Positions 1 through 11,700 of a stretch of 38,220 nt of DNA are shown in pieces. The position numbers and the translations under genes were made by a program. How positions within the stretch are numbered: the first letter of the stretch is position 1; each line of letters opens with the position of its first letter. The DNA lies in the NCBI GenBank assembly GCA_048213135.1, contig PS015290.1, forward strand, positions 1-38,220. Reading direction: 5' to 3'. Source of the DNA: Reclinomonas americana ATCC 50394. Its lineage: Eukaryota. The notes beneath the pieces were generated by a model. It was not told the DNA's origin. It saw only the letters and a program-made list of their open reading frames with translations, and made no database searches.

Positions 1-517
1 CTCGCGTCATGCAGCAGTGAGATCCGACAACTTCCCTCCCTCACGATCAATGCAAGGAAGCTGAGATGCGAGCACCCAGATGCAAGCAGCGAGATGCGAC
101 CCAGCCTCCGCCACTCCCCACTGCATCACCAGCCACTGTCTCTCCCTGATGACTTCTGATGCAGTGTGAAGTCTGAGGATGGTCGAGACTGTCTTTTCCT
201 GCGTGTGTCCAAGGGGCAGCGAGTCTGTTATTCAGAAGAGATGGTGCCCTTGGCTTTGATCAGCTGGGTACGGACGTCTAGATCGGTGAATGAGTGAGAT
301 AGTTTGTCGTGCATGCGATTAGGAGGAGCGAGTCTGCTGCTTGGAGGAGACGCTGCTGTTATGATCTTCTCTGTTGCGATAGCTTGTATGAGCGAAGAGC
401 AAGAGCGAGACAACTGATGTTTGCGATTGTCACCTCACGCTCTCTGCTCTATGTATGCGTCTCCAATTCTTCTCGTGTACTCTTCTTCTTTCATTGGAGG
501 GGTTGTCACCTCGTGCA

Positions 518-904
518 TCATCGACCATGGCGTCGGCGCTCCGCCCGCTGCTGCATCTCCTGCTGCAGTGCACGCAGTTCCTGTCGCAGAGCCGCCTCTC
601 TCGCCACCCTGTGCCATCGCACACCATGAGCAGACAGTCACTACTTTCGTCAGTGATCCACGCACTGCTCTCCGTGCTGTCGCGTCAGTTCCTCCAGCTC
701 CTGCTCCAGCTCTCGTGCCTCGTCTTCCAGTTGCGAGTTGACAAACAGCAGACCTGTCATGAGCACAGAAGAGTGAGAAAAAGAGTGAGAGGCGCAGTAC
801 TGTGCTGAGGGTGTTCACCATTCTCCTCCCGTTCACTCTTGGCGGCGGCCTCCTCGACAGAGAGTCGCTGCTGGCAGCAATCCTTCAGCACGGTACAGTG
901 CAGC
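518..904 (-). CDS. 3' exons of an uncharacterised coiled-coil protein (partial)
   Basis: Three GT-AG-bounded, phase-compatible exons translate to LHCTVLKDCCQQRLSVEEAAAKSEREEN-GLLFVNSQLEDEARELEQELEELTRQHGEQ-VAREAALRQELRALQQEMQQRAERRRHGR*, with TGA at 520-518. E/Q/R/L-rich, coiled-coil-like. Upstream exons (about 1100-1420) not resolved. Confidence 0.5.
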
Positions 905-1439
905 CTACAACGCGGGGGTGAGCATCGTAGTCACTGCTTTCCTTCTTTCGTTGAGAGGAAGTTGAGAACGAAAGGATTGGTGGCAGTTTGCTTTCACCGT
1001 CCCATTCTTATGTCTCGTTTCTCTTCATTCTCTTACTTCGATCCACTTGCGCGCACTTGCAACAATCATCTCAGTATTCCAAATAGGTCATGTCGTCACA
1101 AAAACAGAACGAGAACTATGATCTCTGGTGCTGCATGAGCTCCGTATCGGGCATCTCCATAATTACTCCTTGTTCGCTGTCTCTCCATCTCTTCACACCA
1201 ACACGTGCCGATTGCAAATGGCAGCACTCTCGCTTCCACAATCTCTTGTCTTCCACCACTTCCAGCATCCCCAACAAGTGGCAAATGGTGAAGACGTGCC
1301 CTGTTAACACTCTCGCTTCCCCCTTCGATTCTCATCACCCCACCCACGTTTTCTTGTCTCCTTCCGTGAACCAATGCCAAAGGTAGGAACGGGATGCCTC
1401 AACAGCACTTTCGCTCTCTTCTCCCTGCCCCTTTCCACC

Positions 1440-1677
1440 TTTCCTTGTTGTCCCGCTTTACCTCTCATTTCTCTGCTTCTCCCTCCGTACTGCGAGAGGG
1501 GTGAAGAGAGGGGGGAGGAGGAGAGGGGGAGAAGGGGAGGGGAGAGGGTGGAGGGGGAAAGGTGGAGAGACGGGATGAAAGGGGAAGGCAGGCAGATTGA
1601 TACAGTAAGAGAATGGGAAGCGAAAGAGAGACAGACGAGCTCCCATTCCCCCTCGCCGTCATTCCCCCTTTCCCCCT

Positions 1678-1718
<41 letters not shown>

Positions 1719-2631
1719 CTCGTACTCNNNNNNNNNNNNNNNNNNNNNNNNNNNNNNNNNNNNNNNNNNNNNNNNNNNNNNNNNNNNNNNNNNNNNNNNN
1801 NNNNNNNNNNNNNNNNNNNNNNNNNNNNNNNNNNNNNNNNNNNNNNNNNNNNNNNNNNNNNNNNNNNNNNNNNNNNNNNNNNNNNNNNNNNNNNNNNNNN
1901 NNNNNNNNNNNNNNNNNNNNNNNNNNNNNNNNNNNNNNNNNNNNNNNNNNNNNNNNNNNNNNNNNNNNNNNNNNNNNNNNNNNNNNNNNNNNNNNNNNNN
2001 NNNNNNNNNNNNNNNNNNNNNNNNNNNNNNNNNNNNNNNNNNNNNNNNNNNNNNNNNNNNNNNNNNNNNNNNNNNNNNNNNNNNNNNNNNNNNNNNNAAA
2101 GAGAGACAGACGAGCTCCCATTCCCCCTCGCCGTCATTCCCCTTTCCCCCTTTCCCCCTTTCCCTCTTTCCCCTTGTCCCCCATTTCCCCATTCCCGCAT
2201 TCCCCTCTTTCCCCTTGTACCCCTTTCCCCCTTTTCCCGTTGTCCCGCTTTACCTCTCATTTCTCTGCTTCTCCCTCCGTACTGCGGGAGGGGTGAAGAG
2301 AGGGGGGAGGAGGAGAGAGAGGGGAGAGGGTGGAGGGGGAAAGGTGGAGAGACGGGATGAAAGGGGGAAGGCAGGCAGATTGATACAGTATGAGAATGGG
2401 AAGCGAAAGAGCGAGAGACAGACGAGCTCGCAGAATGCGTTCCCCCATTCCCCCTCTCCCTCATTCCCCTTTCCCCCTTTCTCCTTTCCCCCTTGCCCCT
2501 TTCCCCCTTGCCCCTTTTCCCTTGTCCCCCATTTCCCCTTTCCCTTTCCCCCATTCCCCCTCTCCCCCTTTCACCTTTCCCCTTTCCCCCATTCCCCCTC
2601 TCCCCCATTCCCCCATTCCCCCCTTCCCTTT
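1440..2631. repeat. Duplicated ~200-230 bp block with polypurine/polypyrimidine tracts, interrupted by a gap
   Basis: tgtcccgctttacctctcatttctctgcttctccctccgtactgcg...ggcaggcagattgatacagta...gagacagacgagctc starts at 1449 and again at 2241; a third partial copy lies at 2098-2150. Confidence 0.85.
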
Positions 2632-3043
2632 NNNNNNNNNNNNNNNNNNNNNNNNNNNNNNNNNNNNNNNNNNNNNNNNNNNNNNNNNNNNNNNNNNNNN
2701 NNNNNNNNNNNNNNNNNNNNNNNNNNNNNNNNNNNNNNNNNNNNNNNNNNNNNNNNNNNNNNNNNNNNNNNNNNNNNNNNNNNNNNNNNNNNNNNNNNNN
2801 NNNNNNNNNNNNNNNNNNNNNNNNNNNNNNNNNNNNNNNNNNNNNNNNNNNNNNNNNNNNNNNNNNNNNNNNNNNNNNNNNNNNNNNNNNNNNNNNNNNN
2901 NNNNNNNNNNNNNNNNNNNNNNNNNNNNNNNNNNNNNNNNNNNNNNNNNNNNNNNNNNNNNNNNNNNNNNNNNNNNNNNNNNNNNNNNNNNNNNNNNNNN
3001 NNNNNNNNNNNNNNNNNNNNNNNNNNNNNNNNNNNNNCTCTCT

Positions 3044-3147
<104 letters not shown>

Positions 3148-3179
3148 ACACATGTCTTCTAAGTTCCACTGTCATTCTC

Positions 3180-3465
3180 TCAATTTCTCTCTTGCCTCTC
3201 TCTCATCTCTCTCTCCTTATGTAACTGCACGGCCTCCTCACTCTCTCTGTGGAGAGAGGCCAGCTCCTCACGCTGCGCACAGAGAGCTCTGCGCGTGCTC
3301 TCCACTTGGGCGCGTTGTTGGTCAATGACTGCGCGCATGACCTTGATTCACGCGCAGTGAGTGAGAGAGTTTGTGAGAGAGAGAGAGAGAGAGGGAACTG
3401 AAGAGCATGTTGCGCACTTCATGGTCACTGCGGAGAGACTCAAGCCGCCGAAGAAAGTCGTCCAT
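3180..3465 (-). CDS. Probable 5' exons of a coiled-coil protein, possibly the same gene as 518-904
   Basis: ATG at 3465 gives MDDFLRRLESLRSDHE, then a GT-AG intron, then VMRAVIDQQRAQVESTRRALCAQREELASLHRESEEAV. The frame stops at 3182-3180 unless it is spliced onward across the gap region. Confidence 0.45.
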
Positions 3466-3596
3466 TGCGCGCACTTCAACTGGGATTAATTGCGGGAACG
3501 CGAGCAATGACAAACACAAATGTCCACTTTTCACTTTTGACTTCTGGAAGGGCACTTGCCAGTTGCTTCCCACAAAGTTCAAGCGGCAGCCGAAAA

Positions 3597-6500
3597 CTAG
3601 TCCACCGCCCTGTACTTGTGCATATTCGCGTGACAATCTCGGCAGTTGAACACGTATGAGTCAGGCATTCCATCCGTGGAGTTCAGCTCTTCCACGTTTT
3701 GTGCTGCGCGCAACAACAGGGATGAGCTGGTACACACATGTAAGACTTGCGTAAACAAACAAGCGCCGCTGTTACCGACGAAGCACGGGAAACAGCACCG
3801 CGAATACAAGAAGTCATTATCTCTGGAGAACTGCGTAAAATGTCAACAAGATCTCCCACAGCGACGGGTAAGAGCGACGAGCACAACGCACCGCGTACTT
3901 CTTGCGTATTCGGTGTCTCTGCCGCGTTTGATACGGGCTGTCGCCTGCATTGGCATAATCACAAGTACAATCAGAACAAAGTATCGCGATGAGTCGCAAT
4001 TATTGTACTCAACAGCAGCAAACGCAGTAGTCGTGCCAGGTAACTTCTCTCCCTTGCAACCAAGCCCTGCACATTGCCGCTCTTGTCAGTTCCCAGCATC
4101 ACACTCAGTCGCTTCACATGTAACATTTGCAACGAACTCAAGTTCTGCCTGTACGCGACAGGGACAGAATAATGTGGCAAGACAAAGCGCTTCGTATCTG
4201 AGGCAGGAAAACTGGCAGCCAGCATACTAAGAACATTGCACCCACCCAATTCTCATTCAGAAAATCCCGCAGCTCACCAGCCCAACGTCGAGATAATCGC
4301 GGCGAACGAAAGTAGGACCATTTGCGCCTTGAACCGAGTACACATCTGGCATCCCTCCTTTATGGACAAATTTCAACACATCCTGCCCTGCGCTTGTTTT
4401 AGACCAAAATGCGTTCACAAGCGATGCCTCAGTTGCAACTCACCGAGGAAACACGGATAGCAGAACCGCGACAGGAAGAAGTCCCTCGTGTTGTCGTTCT
4501 TCTCAAACTGCGATGTATGAACGGCTTACTCGACGAAAAACTGACTTATTATCGTTTGACATATCGATTCATACCCAGTTCTTTTCTCGATTACGGAACG
4601 ATTGTCGAATTTGGTACGCGCCGTCATCTGAGTGTTGTGTCGATTGGAATGAACAGAAAAAGCAGTCCTGTCTCTCTCTCTCTCACACACACACGCAACA
4701 GCAGCTGCAGCAGCAGCAGCTAAGCCAGTCATGCCACGATACATCCCTTTCTTCGACCCATGCCCTGAAATCAGAACGTGTGTCAAAACAACTTGGAGAC
4801 TGGAGCTTGCCGCACTTGTGCCACCTTGGACAAACCGAGTTTCAGCAAGCGGGAAACAAGGGGAAAAACAAGCACACATACACAGCTTGATCCTAGAGAA
4901 ACAGGAGAACTGTGCGCACAGCAAATATGAAGACATTCAGATTCGTGATGAACTTGCAAGACACAAGGTTGCATCGGCCTCTCACCAGGCCAGTCCCGCT
5001 TTCCATCACACTGCCATAGTGGAAGCGGCGCACAGGTGCCGGACTCGAGTGCACCCCAGCTGACACTGGCGCCTTCTCTGCAAGTCTGACATCCAACTGC
5101 AGTGAAAAATGAGAAACAAATACCGAAGCAGTAGTTGCGCGAAGAGCTTGAGGCAGAACTTCAGTAACCCGCTGCTGAGCAGCTCGCAGATCCTCCTACA
5201 ATCACCGCAAAGTAAGTTCTCTCAGCCTTAATCGCTCAAGACTCAACTCAGCTCGACACGAAATCAAAGACCTGTGTGGCCACCAACTGCGTCTGCAACT
5301 GGCGCATTCTGGATTCCGCGGCTGTCAGCATATTCTGTTTCTCTCGTGCGCCAGCCGCCAACTGCGTCTGCAATTGGCGCACGTTGGCTTCTGCAGTTGC
5401 CAACATGCTCTGCTTCTCCTGTGCTGAAGCCTCAGCTGCGGCGGCCCGAGCTTGGCACTGTTGCGCACTCAGTTTGACTTCTGTCACCTGGCCGCGTAAC
5501 CACTCATTTTCACGAATACACGCCTCCTGTCTCACTGGTGAGACAAAGATTTGAATGGCCGTGATGTCATAGACTACAGCACACACTGACCAGACGCATT
5601 TGCATCGTTGCCAACTGCATAATCTAGATTGTCAGAAAATCCAGATCACCACGGTGTATGAAGGAGCAAATGGGTTCATACCTGGGATCGAAGATCCTCA
5701 TTGCTGCAAACAAGCTGCACCCAACAACAGCAGCAAGTAAGTAAGAAACAATGCTCACAACTGCGACGGCTGCGCGCGAGGCACCTCCTGCCTGTAGTCG
5801 GCATGCAGCATGTTCTGCGAACAGGAGTGCGAGAGACAGTGAGGGCCTACAACCTCGCTTCCAGCAAATGATACGGAACTCGCAGTACTTCCGCAGCGGC
5901 CGAGTCGACCATGAGCCGACGTTCTCCTTCCTTGGATGCACAAACACAGATGAGGCCAGCTGTAAGTGCGTCGCTGCGAAGAGAGAATTGCGAACCTGCG
6001 GAACGCCATCTTCACTGGCCCACGCGCTTCGCACGTGAAGCAACCGCAAGAGAAGATCGACGGCAGATGGACGAGCCAGCGGGTTACCAGCCTGCGCAGT
6101 ATAAGCTCAGCACCAATATTTTATAAATGAAATCCTAGAGCCACACATCCACACGCAACCCAAGCGTCCTCCAGTGCCTGCTGCATGCCAGCTGGAATTG
6201 CATCCAGTGGGGGTCGACCACCCTGTGCAAGTCGCATTGCAACCTGCACACAGCGACCTGTCAGGCAACACAGCTCAGTGGACCGCCAGAGGAACACTCA
6301 CCGCCATGGGACCACGGTCGTGAATGTCAGAAAACGGCAGCTCAGCGCGGAACACCACCCACATGAGCATGGCCACGGAGAATATGTCACAGGAGGAGTC
6401 ATAATGCTGCAACAAAGAGGGCAAGTGAGTTTGGGAACGAGAGAAAGGGCCACATGTCACTCTGCACTCACCTCTCCACTTGTCACCTCCGGCGCCGTGT

Positions 6501-7584
6501 ATCTGCAGCTCGCCGAAGTGATTAGATCATCCGAGAGTGTCACACACACACACACACACGCGCGCACGCACGCACGCACGCACACACACAGTGAGACAGA
6601 GAGAGAAAGAGCGGATCGATCACATTCACTTCTTCTTCCTCTATCTGTCCTTAGTCAATCACTCTCTCGTGTACATACAAGAGACCGACGTGTGCGGTGA
6701 ACGCAACAAAGGACTGCCGACCCCAGCTGTCATTGTGATGGACACTGTCGACGTGCGAGCCAGGCCAAAATCCGCCAGCCGAAACTTGCCATTCTCATCC
6801 ACCAGCACGTTTTCAGGCTTGATGTCGCGATGAATGAAGCGGCCTCGGTGCAGGTTCACAAGCCCACGCATCACGGCAATGCAAATGTCCAAACGCTGAT
6901 GAGAATGCGGTCAACGCGCAGAACAACAGTCCGCTTGGGCACTCGCCCAACACGCACCTGCATTCGAGTCAACTGTTCCTTACGTACAAAGAGCACGTCA
7001 GCAAGTGAACCACCGGGGCAGTAATCCATAATGTAACCGGGTCCGTCGGGGGCATCCAACACCACACCGTACACCACGACAATGTTAGGATGCCTTCACG
7101 AAATGTCAGTCATCATCGCAAGCCGCGCAAAGCGTTTGGCCCTCGCACGCACCGCACTCGCATAGCCAACGACGCCTCCTCAAGCACCTTCTCCGTGACC
7201 GCACGCCGAGCGTCCGCATTCGCCGAGCGGAACAACTTGAGCGCAAACGACGTCGAGTGCTGCCACTCAATGCGGTACACCACCGCGCTCGCACCATCCC
7301 CGAGCCGCTCCCTGACTTGCACATCGGCAAACGGCACCTGTGGTGCGTCGTCCACAGCAGGCGACCGTTTCCGTTGCTGTTCCTTGACCGCACGGCGAAG
7401 GGGCGCCAGTGCCTCCAGCGTCTCCACCAGCGGCCTGTTGATTTCGAAGGCGTAATCGGCCGGAACCCGGCCCTGCATCTCAGCGCCGACAGCGTGGTAT
7501 ACACCGCGGCACACGGGGCACGATGGGGTGCGGTGGAGACGAGCGCACTCAGAGCACCTGGAGATTGACATAAGAGAGAAAAAA

Positions 7585-7683
<99 letters not shown>

Positions 7684-8685
7684 AGACGAGTAGAGAGAGA
7701 CGAGACGTAGACGAGTAGACGACTACGTAGAGTACGACGTACGACGTACGGTACGTAACGTCGTACGTACGGTACGTACGTANNNNNNNNNNNNNNNNNN
7801 NNNNNNNNNNNNNNNNNNNNNNNNNNNNNNNNNNNNNNNNNNNNNNNNNNNNNNNNNNNNNNNNNNNNNNNNNNNNNNNNNNNNNNNNNNNNNNNNNNNN
7901 NNNNNNNNNNNNNNNNNNNNNNNNNNNNNNNNNNNNNNNNNNNNNNNNNNNNNNNNNNNNNNNNNNNNNNNNNNNNNNNNNNNNNNNNNNNNNNNNNNNN
8001 NNNNNNNNNNNNNNNNNNNNNNNNNNNNNNNNNNNNNNNNNNNNNNNNNNNNNNNNNNNNNNNNNNNNNNNNNNNNNNNNNNNNNNNNNNNNNNNNNNNN
8101 NNNNNNNNNNNNNNNNNNNNNNNNNNNNNNNNNNNNNNNNNNNNNNNNNNNNNNNNNNNNNGTGCGTATGTGAGTTGAGTGCGCGCGTGTTCCGTGTTTC
8201 TTTGCTTTCTCACGCAAAAACGGAACTTTACAACTGCAGCCACATCCACCTGCAGCATCTGAGCAAACGGGCGGACAAAATGCAGCTCCGACAACAGCAA
8301 TCTTCGGAAGCAGCGGTTGCACTGTGGATAGAGATAAGCTGCTGTACCGTACATCCGCCTTGGCCGAGAGAGAGAGAGAGAGAGATGAGCGATCAGTGTA
8401 TCGTCTGCAAATGGCAAAGTAATGACACGGATCTGGAGTTCCATTTGCGATGAGGAGACTTCTCTCTCTTACTCACTCGCTCTCAGTTTCCCTTCTCTCT
8501 CCGCCACCACTGCGCAACATGGCATGCCCACGCCCACACGGCACAATCACCGGTGTGCACTCGGTCGGCTGATCATCGCGCGCGGGACCAAACACATCCA
8601 TGCACACTGGACAGCGCAGAACATCGTCGAGGACCGCAAATGGGTCGTCGTCTCCTCCACTGCCACTGCCACTGCCTCGACCCAT
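3597..8685 (-). CDS. Multi-exon RING finger / protein kinase (TKL-like) / coiled-coil / tandem PLAC8-like protein
   Basis: Exon 1 (8685-8519) plus exon 2 (from 7557) give a C3HC4 RING: CPVC...CGRGHAMCSEC...CPVC. Kinase motifs in later exons: LGDGASAVVY, ALK, RHPNIV, HRDIKPEN, DFG, GSPLYTAPE, DIFS, W-AGNPLARP. Coiled-coil exons at about 5690-5130. Two Cys-rich PLAC8-like repeats follow: GLFSCF..CMCACFSPC..QIRQSFR..DFFLSRFCYPCFLGQ and GCQFSCL..CLATLFCPC..QTRQRHR..DFLYSRCCFPCFVAQNVEEL. TAG at 3599-3597. The RING-kinase part is secure; the join to PLAC8 is inferred. Confidence 0.8.
7588..7678. repeat. (GA)n microsatellite at the 3' end of kinase intron 1
   Basis: Perfect GA run; it is the (CT)n pyrimidine tract on the transcribed strand. 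Confidence 0.97.
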
Positions 8686-8776
8686 CAATGACGAAGCAAA
8701 AGAGACGTAAAACGCGGACATGGGGGACGCGGACATACGTCATCGTACACTTCTTATTTTTTTGCATTGTAGCTCG

Positions 8777-11700
8777 CTACGCCACCCGCTTGCGTGCCGA
8801 CAGAACCAGCACAAACATGCCGAGGAGGCGCCAGAACACCATGATCACGAATAGCAAGATGAACGCCAGCCAGATGTTGTTCTGCGTACGGATCACGACA
8901 AGTAAGGCACATACAATACGGAAAAACGCTGATATCCACCACCACGCAACATCGACACCCAGCGTCTTGATCACGTCCTCTCCTGGAGAGGGGGCTGTCA
9001 GTCAGGCGAAGGACACATAAGGCATGACGGCGGTGATGCGAAACATACCAGTTCGATAGACGCACAGCTGACCAGGAACGCACTGGAAGACGACGCCGGA
9101 AAACTGCACAGCAAGAGAGAGGAATGGTGAGTGGCAATGAAAGGGAGGGAGAGCAAGGGAGAGGGCGAGGGAGAGAGAGAGAGAGGAGAGCACAGAGAAT
9201 GAGAGAGCGCGAGAGAGGGAGAGAGAGGGAGAGAGAGAGAGAGAGGAGAGACCCAGAAGAAAGAGTGTGAGAGATAAAGGCAGATCGAGTCTTCCATTGA
9301 CCAAGTGCAGTTTCGTGACATACAGGCAGACCGTGGCAAACTGCAAGCTGCAGCACTTCGCTGAAACCCACTCAAAAGCACAGAACATCCAGCACACAGG
9401 GACGCAGAGAAAGGGACAGACAGCGAACTCATGCACGATTCACGTGAAGAATCGTGCGCGAAACGCAGGAAATGAATAGCTATAGCTCTACCACATCGCC
9501 AACACCCAATCAAGCTGCCCAGAGAGAGGCACAGACGGAACTCTCACAACATTCGCCAATACGTACGAACACTCAGTCTTGTACGCTCTCACGTCGCCGA
9601 CACTCATACCACAAGGCCAAGAGCACGCAGGGAGAGAAAGTACACACAACGACCCCTCCTCCTTCACGCACCTCATTCGTCACCAAAATCTGGAACACGT
9701 ATCGCGGGAACGAAATGTACGAAATCCATCTCTGTGACAGCAATCAGCGAACGCACACACCACAGCAGAAACACTGTGTCTGTGAAGACGTACCAGGAAG
9801 GAAGGAATGTCGCTCTGCCACGACATAAATACTCAAGATATGAGCAATCGGGAGACTGAGCGAAAGTGTTTCAGATTCATACCAGCTGCACAAAGAAGCC
9901 TGAATGCGGTGGCAAGCACAACATGATCGGGAATATAAGCACATCAGCAGGCGAAAATCGGGCGAGTTATGCGCGACAAGACAAACCAGCAAACAAAATC
10001 TGCGGAGAACACAGCGATTAATGGTGAGTCAATCTCGTTCTGCTCTAACTCGTCTCGCTCTCTCCCTCCCTCCCTCCCTCCCTCCCTCTCTCCCTCCTTC
10101 CTTTACACGCAACTTGAATCAACGTCACCACCGGACCAAGCACCGTGCCAACGCCCGTGTTCGGCACCGCCGCCGAGATCATCATGCCCAACGCGTGCGA
10201 CACCAGCGCCGTCATAATCGCCGTGCAGATCGTGATCAAAAAGTTGGTGAAGCCGCTGTTCAAGTTCGTCAACCCTGTCACGCAGCAGTGAGGAGAGTGA
10301 GGAGTGATGCATCCCTCGGCGCTTGTCGATAGATACGCAACAGTACACGAGGCAAACGTAGATGATGATGGACACGATCTGCGTGTTGTGATCAGCGGAG
10401 AAGAAGGGAAAGGAGCTAAACGAGACAACGTACTTGAGAAGGCATGTCGGCAATGACACGAGCCGCTGCGCATATCGACCACCGGACAAAAAATGCAGAA
10501 GGATTACCGACAAGCACCACAGACAGAAAAAACAAGCAAATGCACGAACACCACACAAAGCACAAACGAACATGCGCACAAACAGCAGATTAACAGTCAC
10601 AGACACACGTACGAACAAGTGGGCACACACATGCACACAAGCAAACGAATGCAAGGTCACAACACAAAGCACAAACAAACGAGCGCACAAACAGCAGCAT
10701 CACAGTCACAGATACACATTGATTGACGACACAGATACGTGAACGTGAGCGCACGGACAGAGAAGTATGCGCACGTACGAACACATGTGAACACACACAC
10801 ATGGACCACGCACACACACGCATAGAAGCAAAATGAATGCGAGGACGCGACACAAAGCACAATCAACATGCGCACAAAACAGCAGATTCACAGTCACAGA
10901 CACACATTGATTGCACATACGTGAACGTGAGCGCATGGGCAGAGAAGCATGCACACGTACGCATTCACGGGAACACGCACACACACGCACACAAGCAAAC
11001 GAATGCACGGGTTGACACGACAAAAAGCACAAACAACATGCGCACAAACAGTAGATTCACAGTCACGGACACACGTACGAACACGTGGGAACACACACAT
11101 ATAGACCACGCACACACACGCACACAAGCAAACGAATACACGGTCACAACACAAAGCACAAACAAACGAGTGCACAAACAGCAGATTCACAGTCACAGAC
11201 ACACATTGATTGCACAGACACGTGAACGTGCATGCATGGACCAAGTGATACGTACACGAACGCATCCACGGGAACACGCACACACATATACCACGAAAAC
11301 ACACAATCAAGGGAGCACAATAACGAGGACAGAATACACGCACACAGAGACCACGCCCAAATCCATACACAAATTCCAGTTGACATGAGTTACATGTTTC
11401 CACCGCGCAGAAATCACACACAGGCAAACACAAATACAAGGTCACAAGGGAAATGAGTTTCATGTTTTCAACGCCACACGACACATGAAATGCACACACA
11501 GCGAACCGTAATATGGGCCAGTGCGGTAACTGCACACGCATCAACGTGAACAACACAATTCAAGCAGCCAAGCATCAACACACAGAACAAACCAGTTCGA
11601 CGCGCGTTCTCGCAAGAAAATCTCCTTCTCGGCAGGGAAGACTTGCACAACGCCGTTGAGCTGCACCACGAGAATCAGTGATCACCTAACAAGTCAACAA

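Noticed and set aside
1-520. Possible further minus-strand exons (MMHEVTTPPMKEEEYTRRIGDAY; EKTVSTILRLHTASEV), the first overlapping the upstream stop as ATGA
   Set aside because: No consistent exon chain or recognisable motif could be built.
3480-3650. Apparent frameshifted extension of the PLAC8 gene (SREYAQVQGGGLVFGC)
   Set aside because: The second PLAC8 repeat is complete before the TAG at 3599-3597, the similarity is weak, and a separate ATG at 3465 explains the downstream exons.
7678-7782. Palindromic TACG/GTAC-rich runs here and at about 27900-27950
   Set aside because: They follow microsatellites and abut gaps, and resemble low-quality pyrosequencing read ends (TACG flow order). Likely artefact.
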